NCBI GenBank assembly: GCA_963783375.1
Contig: CAWANH010000029.1
Span: 1,184,001 to 1,248,000 of the forward strand
Length of the DNA stretch: 64,000 bases
Reading direction: 5' to 3'
From: Candidatus Eiseniibacteriota bacterium
GTDB lineage: Bacteria; Eisenbacteria; RBG-16-71-46; JABDJR01
The position numbers and the translations under genes are program-made. The notes beneath the pieces were generated by a model that made no database searches, had not been told where the DNA came from, and was given only the letters and a program-made list of their open reading frames with translations. Position 1 is the stretch's first letter, and each line of letters begins with the position of its first letter. Below are positions 24,337 to 32,965 of the stretch, piece by piece.

Positions 24337-24834
24337 TCAGGCGCCGAGCTTCCGGAGCGCCCGCGGCTCCATGAGCCATTCCAGGTGGCCTCGGCCGGCG
24401 TGGGGCTCCCAGTCGACGCAGGCCACCCCCGCCTTCCTGAGGGCAAATGGAGGCTCGGCCCGGAACCCGAGACACGCCGCGATCAACCGGTCCAGGTTGG
24501 GCGCGTGCCCCACGCAGAGGATGGCCGTCTCCGAGCGCCGCTCCAGGGTGCGGAGAAACGCGGCGGGATCGCCCTCGGGACGCAGGTCCGCGGCGACCTC
24601 CACTTCGGCCGGATCCTCCCCCAGCACCAGGGCGGCGATCTCCGCGGTCTGCCGGGCCCGCACCAGGGGGCTCGCCAGCACCGCATCGATCGCGATCCCC
24701 TGGGCGGCCAGGCCCCGGGCCGCGTAGCGGGTCCGCCGCGCCCCCTTGGGGGTGAGCGGGCGCTCGTCGTCGGGGGGGCAGGCGGGATCCATCCGATCCA
24801 CCGCGATCCCGTGCCGCATCAGGTAGAGCTTCAT
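24337..24834 (-). CDS. sixA: Phosphohistidine phosphatase SixA
   Basis: LYLMRHG, RPLT, SPLVRARQTA, VGHAP; ATGA overlap with the CHAD gene. Confidence 0.88.
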   Translation of the reverse strand: MKLYLMRHGIAVDRMDPACPPDDERPLTPKGARRTRYAARGLAAQGIAIDAVLASPLVRARQTAEIAALVLGEDPAEVEVAADLRPEGDPAAFLRTLERRSETAILCVGHAPNLDRLIAACLGFRAEPPFALRKAGVACVDWEPHAGRGHLEWLMEPRALRKLGA

Positions 24835-26363
24835 CGTTCGTCCTTCGGATGCGCCGCCGCAGCGGCGCGGGCCCGGCGGCGGAGTTTTCCGGTCAGCTTC
24901 CCGAACTCCCGCCACAGAACCTCGAACCGCTTCCGTCGGCGTTTCGCTTTCCGCTTCCGACGGTCGATCAGTGCGCCCAGAACGAGGAGCCGGTCCACGT
25001 TGGGATGGGGGTCCGACGCGATCACCCCGGCCAACCCGCGCAGGTGGTCGATGGCCACCCGGGCGTCCTGGGCCTCCCCCAGCACGTCCTGAAATCGGGC
25101 CAGCCGGCGGACCGCCTTCCGGAATCCCGCCGGCTCGATATCCGAGAAGCACTCGCTCACGTAGCGAAGCCGCTTGAGCCCGATCCGGATCCGGTGCCGG
25201 TCCTCCTCGCTCAGGCTCTCCACCGGACGCTTCCGCCACCGGCTCACCTTGGACGACGCCCGCCCGATCACCGGAACCGCGGCCTCGGCCACCGTCCGGG
25301 GGCGGGGCGCTCCGGTGGCGGGGGGTTCGGCGGGGCGGAGGGACTCGAGCCTCCCCACCAGGGCGTCGAACTCCGCCGAGGCCAGCTCACGCCGCGCGTC
25401 CTCGGCGGTGGCGGTCCGGCGCCGCGCGAAGGCCTCGAGGAGCCACGCGGCGGTCTTGGGTGGGGCCTCGACGGCGACGAGCTCCGATTCCAGGAGCGGA
25501 AGCAGGACGTCGAAGTCCCGCGCCCGCCCCAGGCGCCGCCCCAACTCTCCCAGGTCGCGCGATACCGCGGCCGCCCGCGGGGATTCCAGCTCGCCGGCGA
25601 AGACCCGGAGCACGGCGCGGGCGCGTCGGATGGCCACCCGGATCTGGTGCAGGTACTCGGGGTCGAGATCGAGCGCCGCGCCGCGGCGGTGGGCGCGAAG
25701 GACCCGGACCTGGCGGGCGAGGAGCTTCCGCGCGGCCTCTCCCGGGACGTCCTCGGGCTGTACCCGGAGCGCCTCGGGGACCGGGGCGCCGGGTTCTGGG
25801 AGCCCCAGGGCGTCGAGCCCCGCGCGCATCGGATCGAAGGCCTCGACCGCGTCCCCGGCCACCCGGCTCATCACGAAGTCCCGGATCTCCAGGTCGGCCG
25901 GACCGGCCCCGGAGGCGTGGACACGCACCGGGCCCTCGATCTCGCGGCCGTCGAGGGGGTCGATGAAGGTGAACTCCTCCACCGTCACCGCGATGTCGTG
26001 GCCGCGCCCCGCCCGATAGGTGCGGGAGCGGCAGCCCACGGTGAGGAGCGGCACCAGCCCCTCTCCCGCGGAAGCCTTCCGCACCCGCTTCGCCACCGGC
26101 CCCGGCGGCGGACCGGCGGGATCGTACTCCCCTTCCTGGGTCGCGCGCTTCTTCGCGTCGCCGGTGAGCGCCCAGCCCGCGTGGTCCCGGTGCATGAGGC
26201 GGAGTCCGCAGCGGGAGAGCCGACCGGTCACGGTCTCCAGGTAGGTCTCGGTCCACCGGCGGTCGGCGGCGGGATCGTCCGCCAGCCCGCCCTCCGCGAA
26301 GAGGAGCGGGAGCTGGGTCCTGACCCGGCCGATTTCCCGGCGATCGATGAGTTTCATGTCCAT
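24831..26363 (-). CDS. CHAD-domain polyphosphate-binding protein with a degenerate CYTH-like N-terminus
   Basis: HQIRVAIRRAR, LGRARDFDV, HRIRIGLKRLRY, QDVLGEAQD; N-terminal TYLET..RL..GLRL resembles CYTH. Confidence 0.85.
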   Translation of the reverse strand: MDMKLIDRREIGRVRTQLPLLFAEGGLADDPAADRRWTETYLETVTGRLSRCGLRLMHRDHAGWALTGDAKKRATQEGEYDPAGPPPGPVAKRVRKASAGEGLVPLLTVGCRSRTYRAGRGHDIAVTVEEFTFIDPLDGREIEGPVRVHASGAGPADLEIRDFVMSRVAGDAVEAFDPMRAGLDALGLPEPGAPVPEALRVQPEDVPGEAARKLLARQVRVLRAHRRGAALDLDPEYLHQIRVAIRRARAVLRVFAGELESPRAAAVSRDLGELGRRLGRARDFDVLLPLLESELVAVEAPPKTAAWLLEAFARRRTATAEDARRELASAEFDALVGRLESLRPAEPPATGAPRPRTVAEAAVPVIGRASSKVSRWRKRPVESLSEEDRHRIRIGLKRLRYVSECFSDIEPAGFRKAVRRLARFQDVLGEAQDARVAIDHLRGLAGVIASDPHPNVDRLLVLGALIDRRKRKAKRRRKRFEVLWREFGKLTGKLRRRARAAAAAHPKDER

Positions 26364-26431
26364 GGCATGGCCCGATGTGCGCGGCGGGTTCCCCGATCCG
26401 GTTCCCCCGCGCCCGGCCCGCGTCGAAGCGG

Positions 26432-26830
26432 TCAGCCCGCGTCGATGAGCGCGGCGATGTCTTCGGTCAACTTCTGGAGGCGGGCCAGATCCTTGGCCCG
26501 TCCCTTTTCCGGTTTGAGCTTGGTGGTACCGATCCGTCCCAGCGCCTCGCGGGATGTCGCGGTGGGGGGAACCATGGGCGAAGCCCCGTCCCCCTCCAGC
26601 CGGGCCAGAACCGCGGCGAGGTCGCCGTCCACCCGGGCGGTGTACTGCTCGAGGGTCTCCCGAAGCGCGACGCGTAGACCCTGGACTTCCCGGGCCAGGG
26701 TCTCGGCCAGAGCGCGCTTCCCGGAACCCCGGCGGGCCGCCGCTCCCGGCTTCGGTCCCGTTCCCTTCGGCGGGGCCGCGTCCCCGGATGGTTTCCGCCT
26801 ACCGGCCCGCGCCGGTTTCGCTGCTTCCAT
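26432..26830 (-). CDS. Small hypothetical protein with a basic low-complexity N-terminus and helical C-terminus
   Basis: Co-oriented ORF inside the ppx operon with a plausible RBS; no recognised family. Confidence 0.55.
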   Translation of the reverse strand: MEAAKPARAGRRKPSGDAAPPKGTGPKPGAAARRGSGKRALAETLAREVQGLRVALRETLEQYTARVDGDLAAVLARLEGDGASPMVPPTATSREALGRIGTTKLKPEKGRAKDLARLQKLTEDIAALIDAG

Positions 26831-27542
26831 GATTGCTTTCCCCCGCCGGACCCCTGCGGCCGAGGACCGCCTGGACCCGGCTCTTCAGATCCCGGTTGAG
26901 GACCGGGATCGACCGGTTGCCGTTCAGCTGCTCGAAGCCGTAGGTCGTCTCCAGGCGCTTGAACGCGGCGCGCAGGCGCCGCTGGTAGCGGACGAAGCTT
27001 TCGTGCCAGTCGCGCGAGAGTCCGAGGTCCATCCCCGATTCCCAGTAGTCGAGGCTCCCCCGGGCCCGGAGGATCCGTTCGGCCAGGTTGTTGGTGGAGA
27101 CCACGAGGTGGTAGACCGCGTCGGGGACGATGGCCATGGAGTAGAGGGAGCGGAGCCAATCCTCGTCGCCTCCGCGCACCATGTCCCGGGCCATGAGGGT
27201 GAAGATGTAGCGGTCGGCCAGCACCACGTAGCCGGCGCGAAGGGCGGGCACGATCCGGTTCTCGAGCTGATCGTAGAAATCGGAGGCGTAGAAGAGGGAC
27301 ATGGTGCGGGGGCTCAGGACGTTGCCTTCCTGGGCCTTCTCCAGGACCGGGGCGACCAGGGTGGAGCGTTTGATCCCGGCCTCGGCCACCGCATAGCCGC
27401 TCTGCTCCAGCCACTGGGAGAGGAGCCCGATCTGGGTGGAGCGGCCCGATGCGTCGGGGCCCTCGATCACGATGAGGAAGCCGCCCAACCCGGCCGGGTC
27501 CACCCCGGGGAGGGGATCGCCGAAGAACCGTTTGATGCTCAT
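26799..27542 (-). CDS. Thymidylate-kinase-like protein, copy 2 (P-loop Lys replaced by Arg); candidate PPK3 subunit
   Basis: IEGPDASGRSTQ, ADRY, ESGMDLGLS; ATGA-coupled to copy 1. Confidence 0.8.
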   Translation of the reverse strand: MSIKRFFGDPLPGVDPAGLGGFLIVIEGPDASGRSTQIGLLSQWLEQSGYAVAEAGIKRSTLVAPVLEKAQEGNVLSPRTMSLFYASDFYDQLENRIVPALRAGYVVLADRYIFTLMARDMVRGGDEDWLRSLYSMAIVPDAVYHLVVSTNNLAERILRARGSLDYWESGMDLGLSRDWHESFVRYQRRLRAAFKRLETTYGFEQLNGNRSIPVLNRDLKSRVQAVLGRRGPAGESNHGSSETGAGR

Positions 27543-28201
27543 GTGCGGGCCCTCGTCCGGAACCGCGGAAGATCGATCCGCTCCGAGATGATCTCGCGGA
27601 CGTGATGCTGCTGGTCGGGAATGGTGCGGGTGGCGTCCATGACCGTGAACCCGAACTCGTCCACCATCTCCAGGTACTGCTCCATCACCCGCCCCTGGAA
27701 GATCCGGAAGCTCTCGGCGATGTCCGGGGAGAGATTGAGATCCATCCCCGCCTCGAAGAACTTGAGCCGGGGGCGCCCGGCGAGAATCCGCCCCAGGGTG
27801 ACCTCCAGGGGGGCGTGGAAGAAGAAGGTGATGTCGGGCACCCGGGCGAATTGATACAGGTTCCGGAGCCACTCCGCATCGCAACCGCGCACCGCGTCCC
27901 GGGCGAAGGAGGTGAAGAAATAACGATCGCAGAGGACGAGGTAGCCGGCCTTGAGCATGGGGAGGATCTGTCGCTCGTAGCGATCGGTGAAATCGGTGGC
28001 GTGGATCAGGCTGAAGGTGGTGGGGGTGAGGAGCTGGCGCTTCTTCCCCTTCTTGGTGGCCGCCTTCACCAGCTCACTGGAGTTCCACTCCGAGAACGAG
28101 ACCCGGTACCCCAGGCCGGAGAGCCACTCGTGGACCAGATGAATCTGGGTGGACTTGCCCGATCCGTCGAGCCCCTCCACCGCGATCAGCTTTCCCGGCA
28201 T
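27539..28201 (-). CDS. Thymidylate-kinase-like protein, copy 1 (canonical P-loop); candidate PPK3 subunit
   Basis: VEGLDGSGKSTQ, CDRY, EAGMDLNLS. Confidence 0.82.
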   Translation of the reverse strand: MPGKLIAVEGLDGSGKSTQIHLVHEWLSGLGYRVSFSEWNSSELVKAATKKGKKRQLLTPTTFSLIHATDFTDRYERQILPMLKAGYLVLCDRYFFTSFARDAVRGCDAEWLRNLYQFARVPDITFFFHAPLEVTLGRILAGRPRLKFFEAGMDLNLSPDIAESFRIFQGRVMEQYLEMVDEFGFTVMDATRTIPDQQHHVREIISERIDLPRFRTRART

Positions 28202-28250
28202 CGTGTCTCCTCCCTCCCCGCCGGCCGATAGCCCGCGCGGTCCCCGTACC

Positions 28251-29840
28251 TCATTCCGTCTCCCGCTCCGGGCGGATCCGGACCTCCACCCCGAACGTCT
28301 TCTCGAAGAGCTGGGCCCGCTTTCCCAGGGACCACCGCTCGAGGAGAATCTCCTCCTCCACTCGGGGCTTCAGCACCACCGTCTCCCCCTTCACGTTCGC
28401 CCGCACTCCGCGGACCAGCTGCCGGTGCTCGCGATCCAGCGCGTCGGCCATCCGGAGGAGCCCCGCCATGCGCACCACCCGGGTCCGGTCCTTCTCGTCG
28501 AGGCGGGCGAAGAGCTCGTGCTCCAGGCTCGGATCGCTCTTCCGGTGGTAGCGGGCCACGTGGGCGGTGAGGAGAATCTCCCGCGGGGAGAGCCCGGCCA
28601 CCTCGGAATTGGAGATGACGTAGAAACTGTGGCGGTGGTGTTTCTTGTAGCTGATGTACCCCCCCACGTCGTGGAGGAGCGCGGCGGCGAGGAGGATCCG
28701 GCGGTACTCCGGAGCCAGCCCGTGGAGGCCGCTCAACTGGTCGAAAAGGTCGCGGGCCAGGCCGGCCACGTGGGCGGCGTGGTCCTCGTCGAAGAGGTAG
28801 CGGCGGCCGAGGTTCAACGCGGCGTCGAACACCTCCCGCTCCCGGCGCTCGTCATGGCTCACCTGGCTGGTCAGGGCGTCCACCACGTCGAGAAGGACGC
28901 CCTCCTTCACCCCCGCGTGGGGGACGGTGATGCGGCTCACCCCGACCAACTCGGCCAGCCGGGCGAAGACCAGGGCGGCCGGGAAGATCACGTCGGCCCG
29001 GTCCTCGCGGAGCCCCAGCTCATCGACCCGGCGGCGGTAGGAGAGCCGGGACAGGGTCTCGATGACCCGGCGGAGGTCGGCGACCGGGACCACGCTCACC
29101 CCGCTTCCGTCCGGCTCCGCTCCGGCCAGCTTGGCCAGGGACTCCATGTTCCCGCCGGTGGCGATCAGGCCGTAGGGCTTCCGGTGGCGGGTCACCGAGG
29201 GGACGCGAAGGGTATCCACGTACTCCGAGAGGACGCGGCGGAAGCGCCCCGGATCCTCGTCGGCGCCGGCCAGTTCCTCGAGGAGCCGCACCGAGCCCAT
29301 GGTGTGGGACTCGCTCCAGAGAATGCCCGAGTCGTCGACCAGCGAGACCTCGACGCTTCCTCCTCCCAGATCCACCAGCACCCACTGCTCGCGGCCCAGG
29401 GTAACCCGGTTCCGGATGGCCAGGTGCACCAGCCGCGCTTCCTCGGAGCCGGTGATGAGATCCACTTCCAGGCCGGATTCCTTTTTCACCCGGGCGAGGA
29501 ACGCCTCCCCGTTGGTGGCTTCGCGGACCGCGCTGGTGGCCACCGCCCGGTAGGCGGCGATCTCCTGCTCTTCCATGGTGCGGCGGAAGCCGGCCAGCGC
29601 AGCCACCGCCTCGTCCATGGCCGCCTCGGAAAGCTTTCCGGTGAGGAACACCCCGTGACCCAACCGCACCGCCACCCGTTCCGAGGCGAGGATGGTGGAG
29701 CGGTGCCGGTCGGTGAACTCGGCGGCCAGGAAGCGGATGGCGTTGGAACCCGCATCGACGCAGGCCACGCGGACCGGAAACGATGTCTTGGCCCGGCCGG
29801 TGGGCGCGGCCGAAGCCCCGGTGCTCGTGGAGTGGCTCAT
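28251..29840 (-). CDS. ppx: Exopolyphosphatase / pppGpp phosphohydrolase (Ppx/GppA) with C-terminal HD domain
   Basis: VDAGSNAIR, ATSAVREA, GSEEARL, DLGGGSVE, RADVI, LLHDVG. Confidence 0.92.
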   Translation of the reverse strand: MSHSTSTGASAAPTGRAKTSFPVRVACVDAGSNAIRFLAAEFTDRHRSTILASERVAVRLGHGVFLTGKLSEAAMDEAVAALAGFRRTMEEQEIAAYRAVATSAVREATNGEAFLARVKKESGLEVDLITGSEEARLVHLAIRNRVTLGREQWVLVDLGGGSVEVSLVDDSGILWSESHTMGSVRLLEELAGADEDPGRFRRVLSEYVDTLRVPSVTRHRKPYGLIATGGNMESLAKLAGAEPDGSGVSVVPVADLRRVIETLSRLSYRRRVDELGLREDRADVIFPAALVFARLAELVGVSRITVPHAGVKEGVLLDVVDALTSQVSHDERREREVFDAALNLGRRYLFDEDHAAHVAGLARDLFDQLSGLHGLAPEYRRILLAAALLHDVGGYISYKKHHRHSFYVISNSEVAGLSPREILLTAHVARYHRKSDPSLEHELFARLDEKDRTRVVRMAGLLRMADALDREHRQLVRGVRANVKGETVVLKPRVEEEILLERWSLGKRAQLFEKTFGVEVRIRPERETE

Positions 29841-29976
29841 GACGACCATTGTAGACAATCCGGCGCCTCTCTTGGGGATCGACGGGCGGCCCGGATTGCC
29901 GGACACCGGACCCGCGCGGTAGGCTTGAGATCCTCGTCCCGCCCCACCTCCCGATCCCCCGCCTTGAGGACGCGCC

Positions 29977-31492
29977 ATGCTTGCCCAGGTTCGAACCATC
30001 TCCCTCTGGGGGATCGACGTCGTGCCCGTCACCGTGGAAACCGACGTGGGGGACGGCCTCCCCCGCACCGTGATCGTGGGACTCCCCGACAGCACCATCC
30101 GCGAGAGCCAGGAGCGGTTGGTGGCCGCCTTCAAGCACTCGGGGCTGGAGCTTCCCGACGGCCGGGTCACCGTGAACCTCTCCCCCACCGATCTTCGGAA
30201 GAGCGGCTCGCACTACGATCTCCCCATCGCGGTGTCCCTGGGCCTGGCCGCGGGAATCGTACCCAAGGCGCGGGTGGCGGACCTGGCTTTCCTGGGCGAG
30301 CTGGCCCTGGACGGATCCCTACGCCCGGTCAGCGGGGTGCTCCCCGCGGCCCGGTGGGCGCGTTCGGCGGGGGTGCGCGCGCTGGTGGTGCCCGAGGCCA
30401 ACGGCGTCGAGGCCGCGGCGGCCGGCCTTCCGGTATGGGCGGTGCGGACCCTTGCGGATCTCTTCCGATACCTCTGGGAGGGGGGCGATGCCGCGCCCCC
30501 TCCCGCGGCGGCCGCGCCGGCAACGGCGGCCCCGGTGGGCGACCTGGCCGACGTCCGCGGGCAGCTGCCGGCCAAGCGCGCCCTCGAGGTCGCGGCGGCC
30601 GGGGGGACACAACTTGCTGTTCGTGGGCCCGCCGGGATCGGGAAAGACCATCCTGGCCCGGCGGGTGCCGGGGATCCTCCCCGAGCTTTCGGGGGAGGAC
30701 GCCATCGAGGCCACCTGCATCCACTCCGCGGCGGGACAGCTTCGCCCGGGTGAAGGGCTGCTGCGCGTGCCGCCGTTTCGGGCGCCCCATCACACGGTCT
30801 CGAGCGTGGCCCTGGTGGGCGGCGGCTCGGTTCCCCGTCCCGGCGAGGTGAGCCTGGCCCACAACGGGGTGCTCTTCCTGGACGAGTTCGCCGAGTTCCA
30901 CCGGGACGCGCTGGAGGCGTTGCGCCAGCCCCTGGAAGAGGGCCGGGCGGTCATCTCCCGCGCCCGCTACACCGTCACCTTTCCGGCCCGGTTCACGCTC
31001 ATCGCCGCGGCCAACCCGTGTCCCTGCGGCCACCACGGCGACGCCCTGCGGGTCTGCCGCTGCACCGCCCACCAGGTGGAGCAGTACCGGCGGCGGATCT
31101 CGGGGCCGCTCCTGGACCGCATGGACCTCCAGATCGAGGTGCCCCGGGTGCGGGTGGAGGATCTCTCGGGGGGGAAGCGCGGCGAGGCGTCGTCGGTGGT
31201 GGCCGCCCGGGTGGCCCGGGCGCGGGAGGTGCAGCTGGAGCGCCAGGGGCGGTTGAACGGACACCTGGGCCTGAAATCCACCGAGCGCTGGTGCCGCGCC
31301 GAGCCCGACGCCCAACGCATGCTGGAGCACGCGTTGGAGCGATTCGGGCTCTCGGCGCGGGCGTACCACCGGGTCCTGCGCGTGGCCCGGACGACGGCCG
31401 ACCTGGGGCGCTCCCCCGCCATCACCACCGCCCACATCGCCGAGGCGGTGCAGTACCGGGCGCTGGACCGGAGCGCGGTGAGGCGGGATTAG
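29977..31492 (+). pseudogene. comM: YifB/ComM Mg-chelatase-like AAA+ ATPase interrupted by a +1 frameshift in a G6 run (or a sequencing error)
   Basis: N-terminal half (IVGLPD, VTVNLSP..K.GSHYDLPIA) is in one frame; HNLLFVGPPGSGKT, FRAPHH, LFLDE and NPCPCG are in the next. Removing one G at 30601-30606 restores AAGGHNLL. Confidence 0.85.
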
Positions 31493-31559
31493 GCGCGGGA
31501 TCCAGGGTCCCGCCCGACGGATCCAACGGGATACCCCGGGGAGGAAGGCGCGTTCTTCG

Positions 31560-32243
31560 TCAGCCGGAACGCATACGCCGGGCCTCGATGACGCTTTCGA
31601 ATCCCCAGTAGTACCACGTTCCCTTGAGCACGCGGTTCCGCCGCCGGGACCGCCTCTCCTGCACCGCTCCCAGCAGGTACATCAGCCGCATCGTGCCGCG
31701 GTTCCGGCGCACCCGCCGCGTGACCGTGAATCCCCGCGATTCCACCCGGGCCAGGATCTCGTCGAAGCGCGGAAGCGATCGGTGGGTCGGATCGTCGTGG
31801 AAGTTCAACGTCCCGTCACGGGAAGGGAACTCCGTCGAGGCCTCGGACGGAAAGGCCAGGTAGAGCCTTCCTCCGGCGGCGACGACCTCGCACATCGCAT
31901 CGAGCACCGCCCGGGGGTCGTCGCAATGCTCCAGGTTGTGCGAGGACAGGACCGCGTCGAAGCCGTCCCCCACGGCCCGGATCCCCTCGGGGAATCTCCC
32001 GGGAGGACAGACGACGTACCGTTCCATGAGGCGCTTGTCCGCGGGGGTGATGTTGTAGTCGGAAACGTCGATGCCGACGTACCGGAGGTCCGAACGATAT
32101 CCCTTGTACAACGAGGCGCTGTGGTTTCCACAACCCACGTCGAGGAGCCGTGCCCCAGGTGGCAGTGTCCGGACGAAGTTGAGTTTGCCCGCGCGGTCCA
32201 GATGGGACCGCAGCGTGCGCTTGAGCCAGATAACCGCGTTCAT
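31560..32243 (-). CDS. Class I SAM-dependent methyltransferase
   Basis: LLDVGCG, YVGID, FDAVLSSHNLEH. Confidence 0.8.
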   Translation of the reverse strand: MNAVIWLKRTLRSHLDRAGKLNFVRTLPPGARLLDVGCGNHSASLYKGYRSDLRYVGIDVSDYNITPADKRLMERYVVCPPGRFPEGIRAVGDGFDAVLSSHNLEHCDDPRAVLDAMCEVVAAGGRLYLAFPSEASTEFPSRDGTLNFHDDPTHRSLPRFDEILARVESRGFTVTRRVRRNRGTMRLMYLLGAVQERRSRRRNRVLKGTWYYWGFESVIEARRMRSG

Positions 32244-32429
32244 TCTCGTCCTGTACTGACCGCCCGCCGGTTCTACCCGCGGCGCCTCCCACCGGACGGG
32301 CGCGGCGTGGCCGGTCACCCACGAACAGCACGTCCCCGGCCTTCACATTCTCGGGCGTTTAGGACGTAACATAGTGGATCCGCCGGGCGACGTCGCGCCC
32401 GGCACCAATCGAAAGCCCCGAAAGGGCAC

Positions 32430-32458
32430 TTGACGCAATCCATGATTAGACGTAGTCT
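32430..32458 (+). promoter_or_regulatory. Sigma70-type promoter of the Fur/PerR-like gene, near-leaderless
   Basis: TTGACG-17 nt-TAGTCT ending 8 nt before ATG 32467, with no Shine-Dalgarno sequence. Confidence 0.65.
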
Positions 32459-32460
32459 AA
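32446..32460. promoter_or_regulatory. Palindromic Fur/PerR-family operator, site 1
   Basis: TTAGAC-GTA-GTCTAA, a perfect 6-3-6 palindrome overlapping the -10 element. Confidence 0.7.
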
Positions 32461-32466
32461 ACATCG

Positions 32467-32886
32467 ATGCCGACACAGCACGACAAGATCCGGCTCCTCC
32501 GGGACCATGGAATCAACCCCTCCGCCCAGCGGGTGGCGGTGGCGGACTACGTGCTTCACACCCAGGACCATCCCTCGGCGGACGAGGTCTGGACCCGGGT
32601 GCGGAGCCGCTTCCCCCACATCTCGCGGGCCACGGTCTACAACACCCTCAACCTGTTCGTCGAGAAGGGGCTTCTCCGGCAATTCGTCCTCACCGAGGGG
32701 AGGATCGTCTTCGACCCGAACGTCGGGGACCACCACCACTTCATCGACGAGGACTCTGGGCAGATCTTCGACATCCCATGGGACGCGGTGAAGGTCTCGG
32801 ACGTCGGGCGGCTCCCCGGCTTCGACGTTCGCGAGTACCAGGTCGTGATGCGGGGAAGGCGGGACCGGACACGGGACCGCGATTGA
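32467..32886 (+). CDS. Fur-family regulator, probably PerR-like (no CXXC motifs)
   Basis: QRVAV, HPSADEV, SRATVYNTL, HHHF; directly upstream of catalase. Confidence 0.88.
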   Translation: MPTQHDKIRLLRDHGINPSAQRVAVADYVLHTQDHPSADEVWTRVRSRFPHISRATVYNTLNLFVEKGLLRQFVLTEGRIVFDPNVGDHHHFIDEDSGQIFDIPWDAVKVSDVGRLPGFDVREYQVVMRGRRDRTRDRD

Positions 32887-32920
32887 GCGGGATGGCCGGC
32901 GCATTCTTCTTGGCCTTGAT

Positions 32921-32935
32921 TTAGACGACATCTAA
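32921..32935. promoter_or_regulatory. Palindromic Fur/PerR-family operator, site 2 (upstream of catalase)
   Basis: TTAGA-CGACA-TCTAA, same 15-bp geometry as site 1. Confidence 0.65.
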
Positions 32936-32965
32936 CAGCGGACAGTGTCCAGAAAGGAAGACATC

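Noticed and set aside
26799-28201. Calling the two genes tmk (dTMP kinase)
   Set aside because: The tandem divergent pair, altered P-loop in one copy and polyP gene context argue against it, so the symbol was withheld.
20386-30851. Very long + strand ORFs (20386..23301, 24849..27605, 28149..30851)
   Set aside because: They are antisense shadows of glgP, the CHAD/tmk-like genes and ppx.
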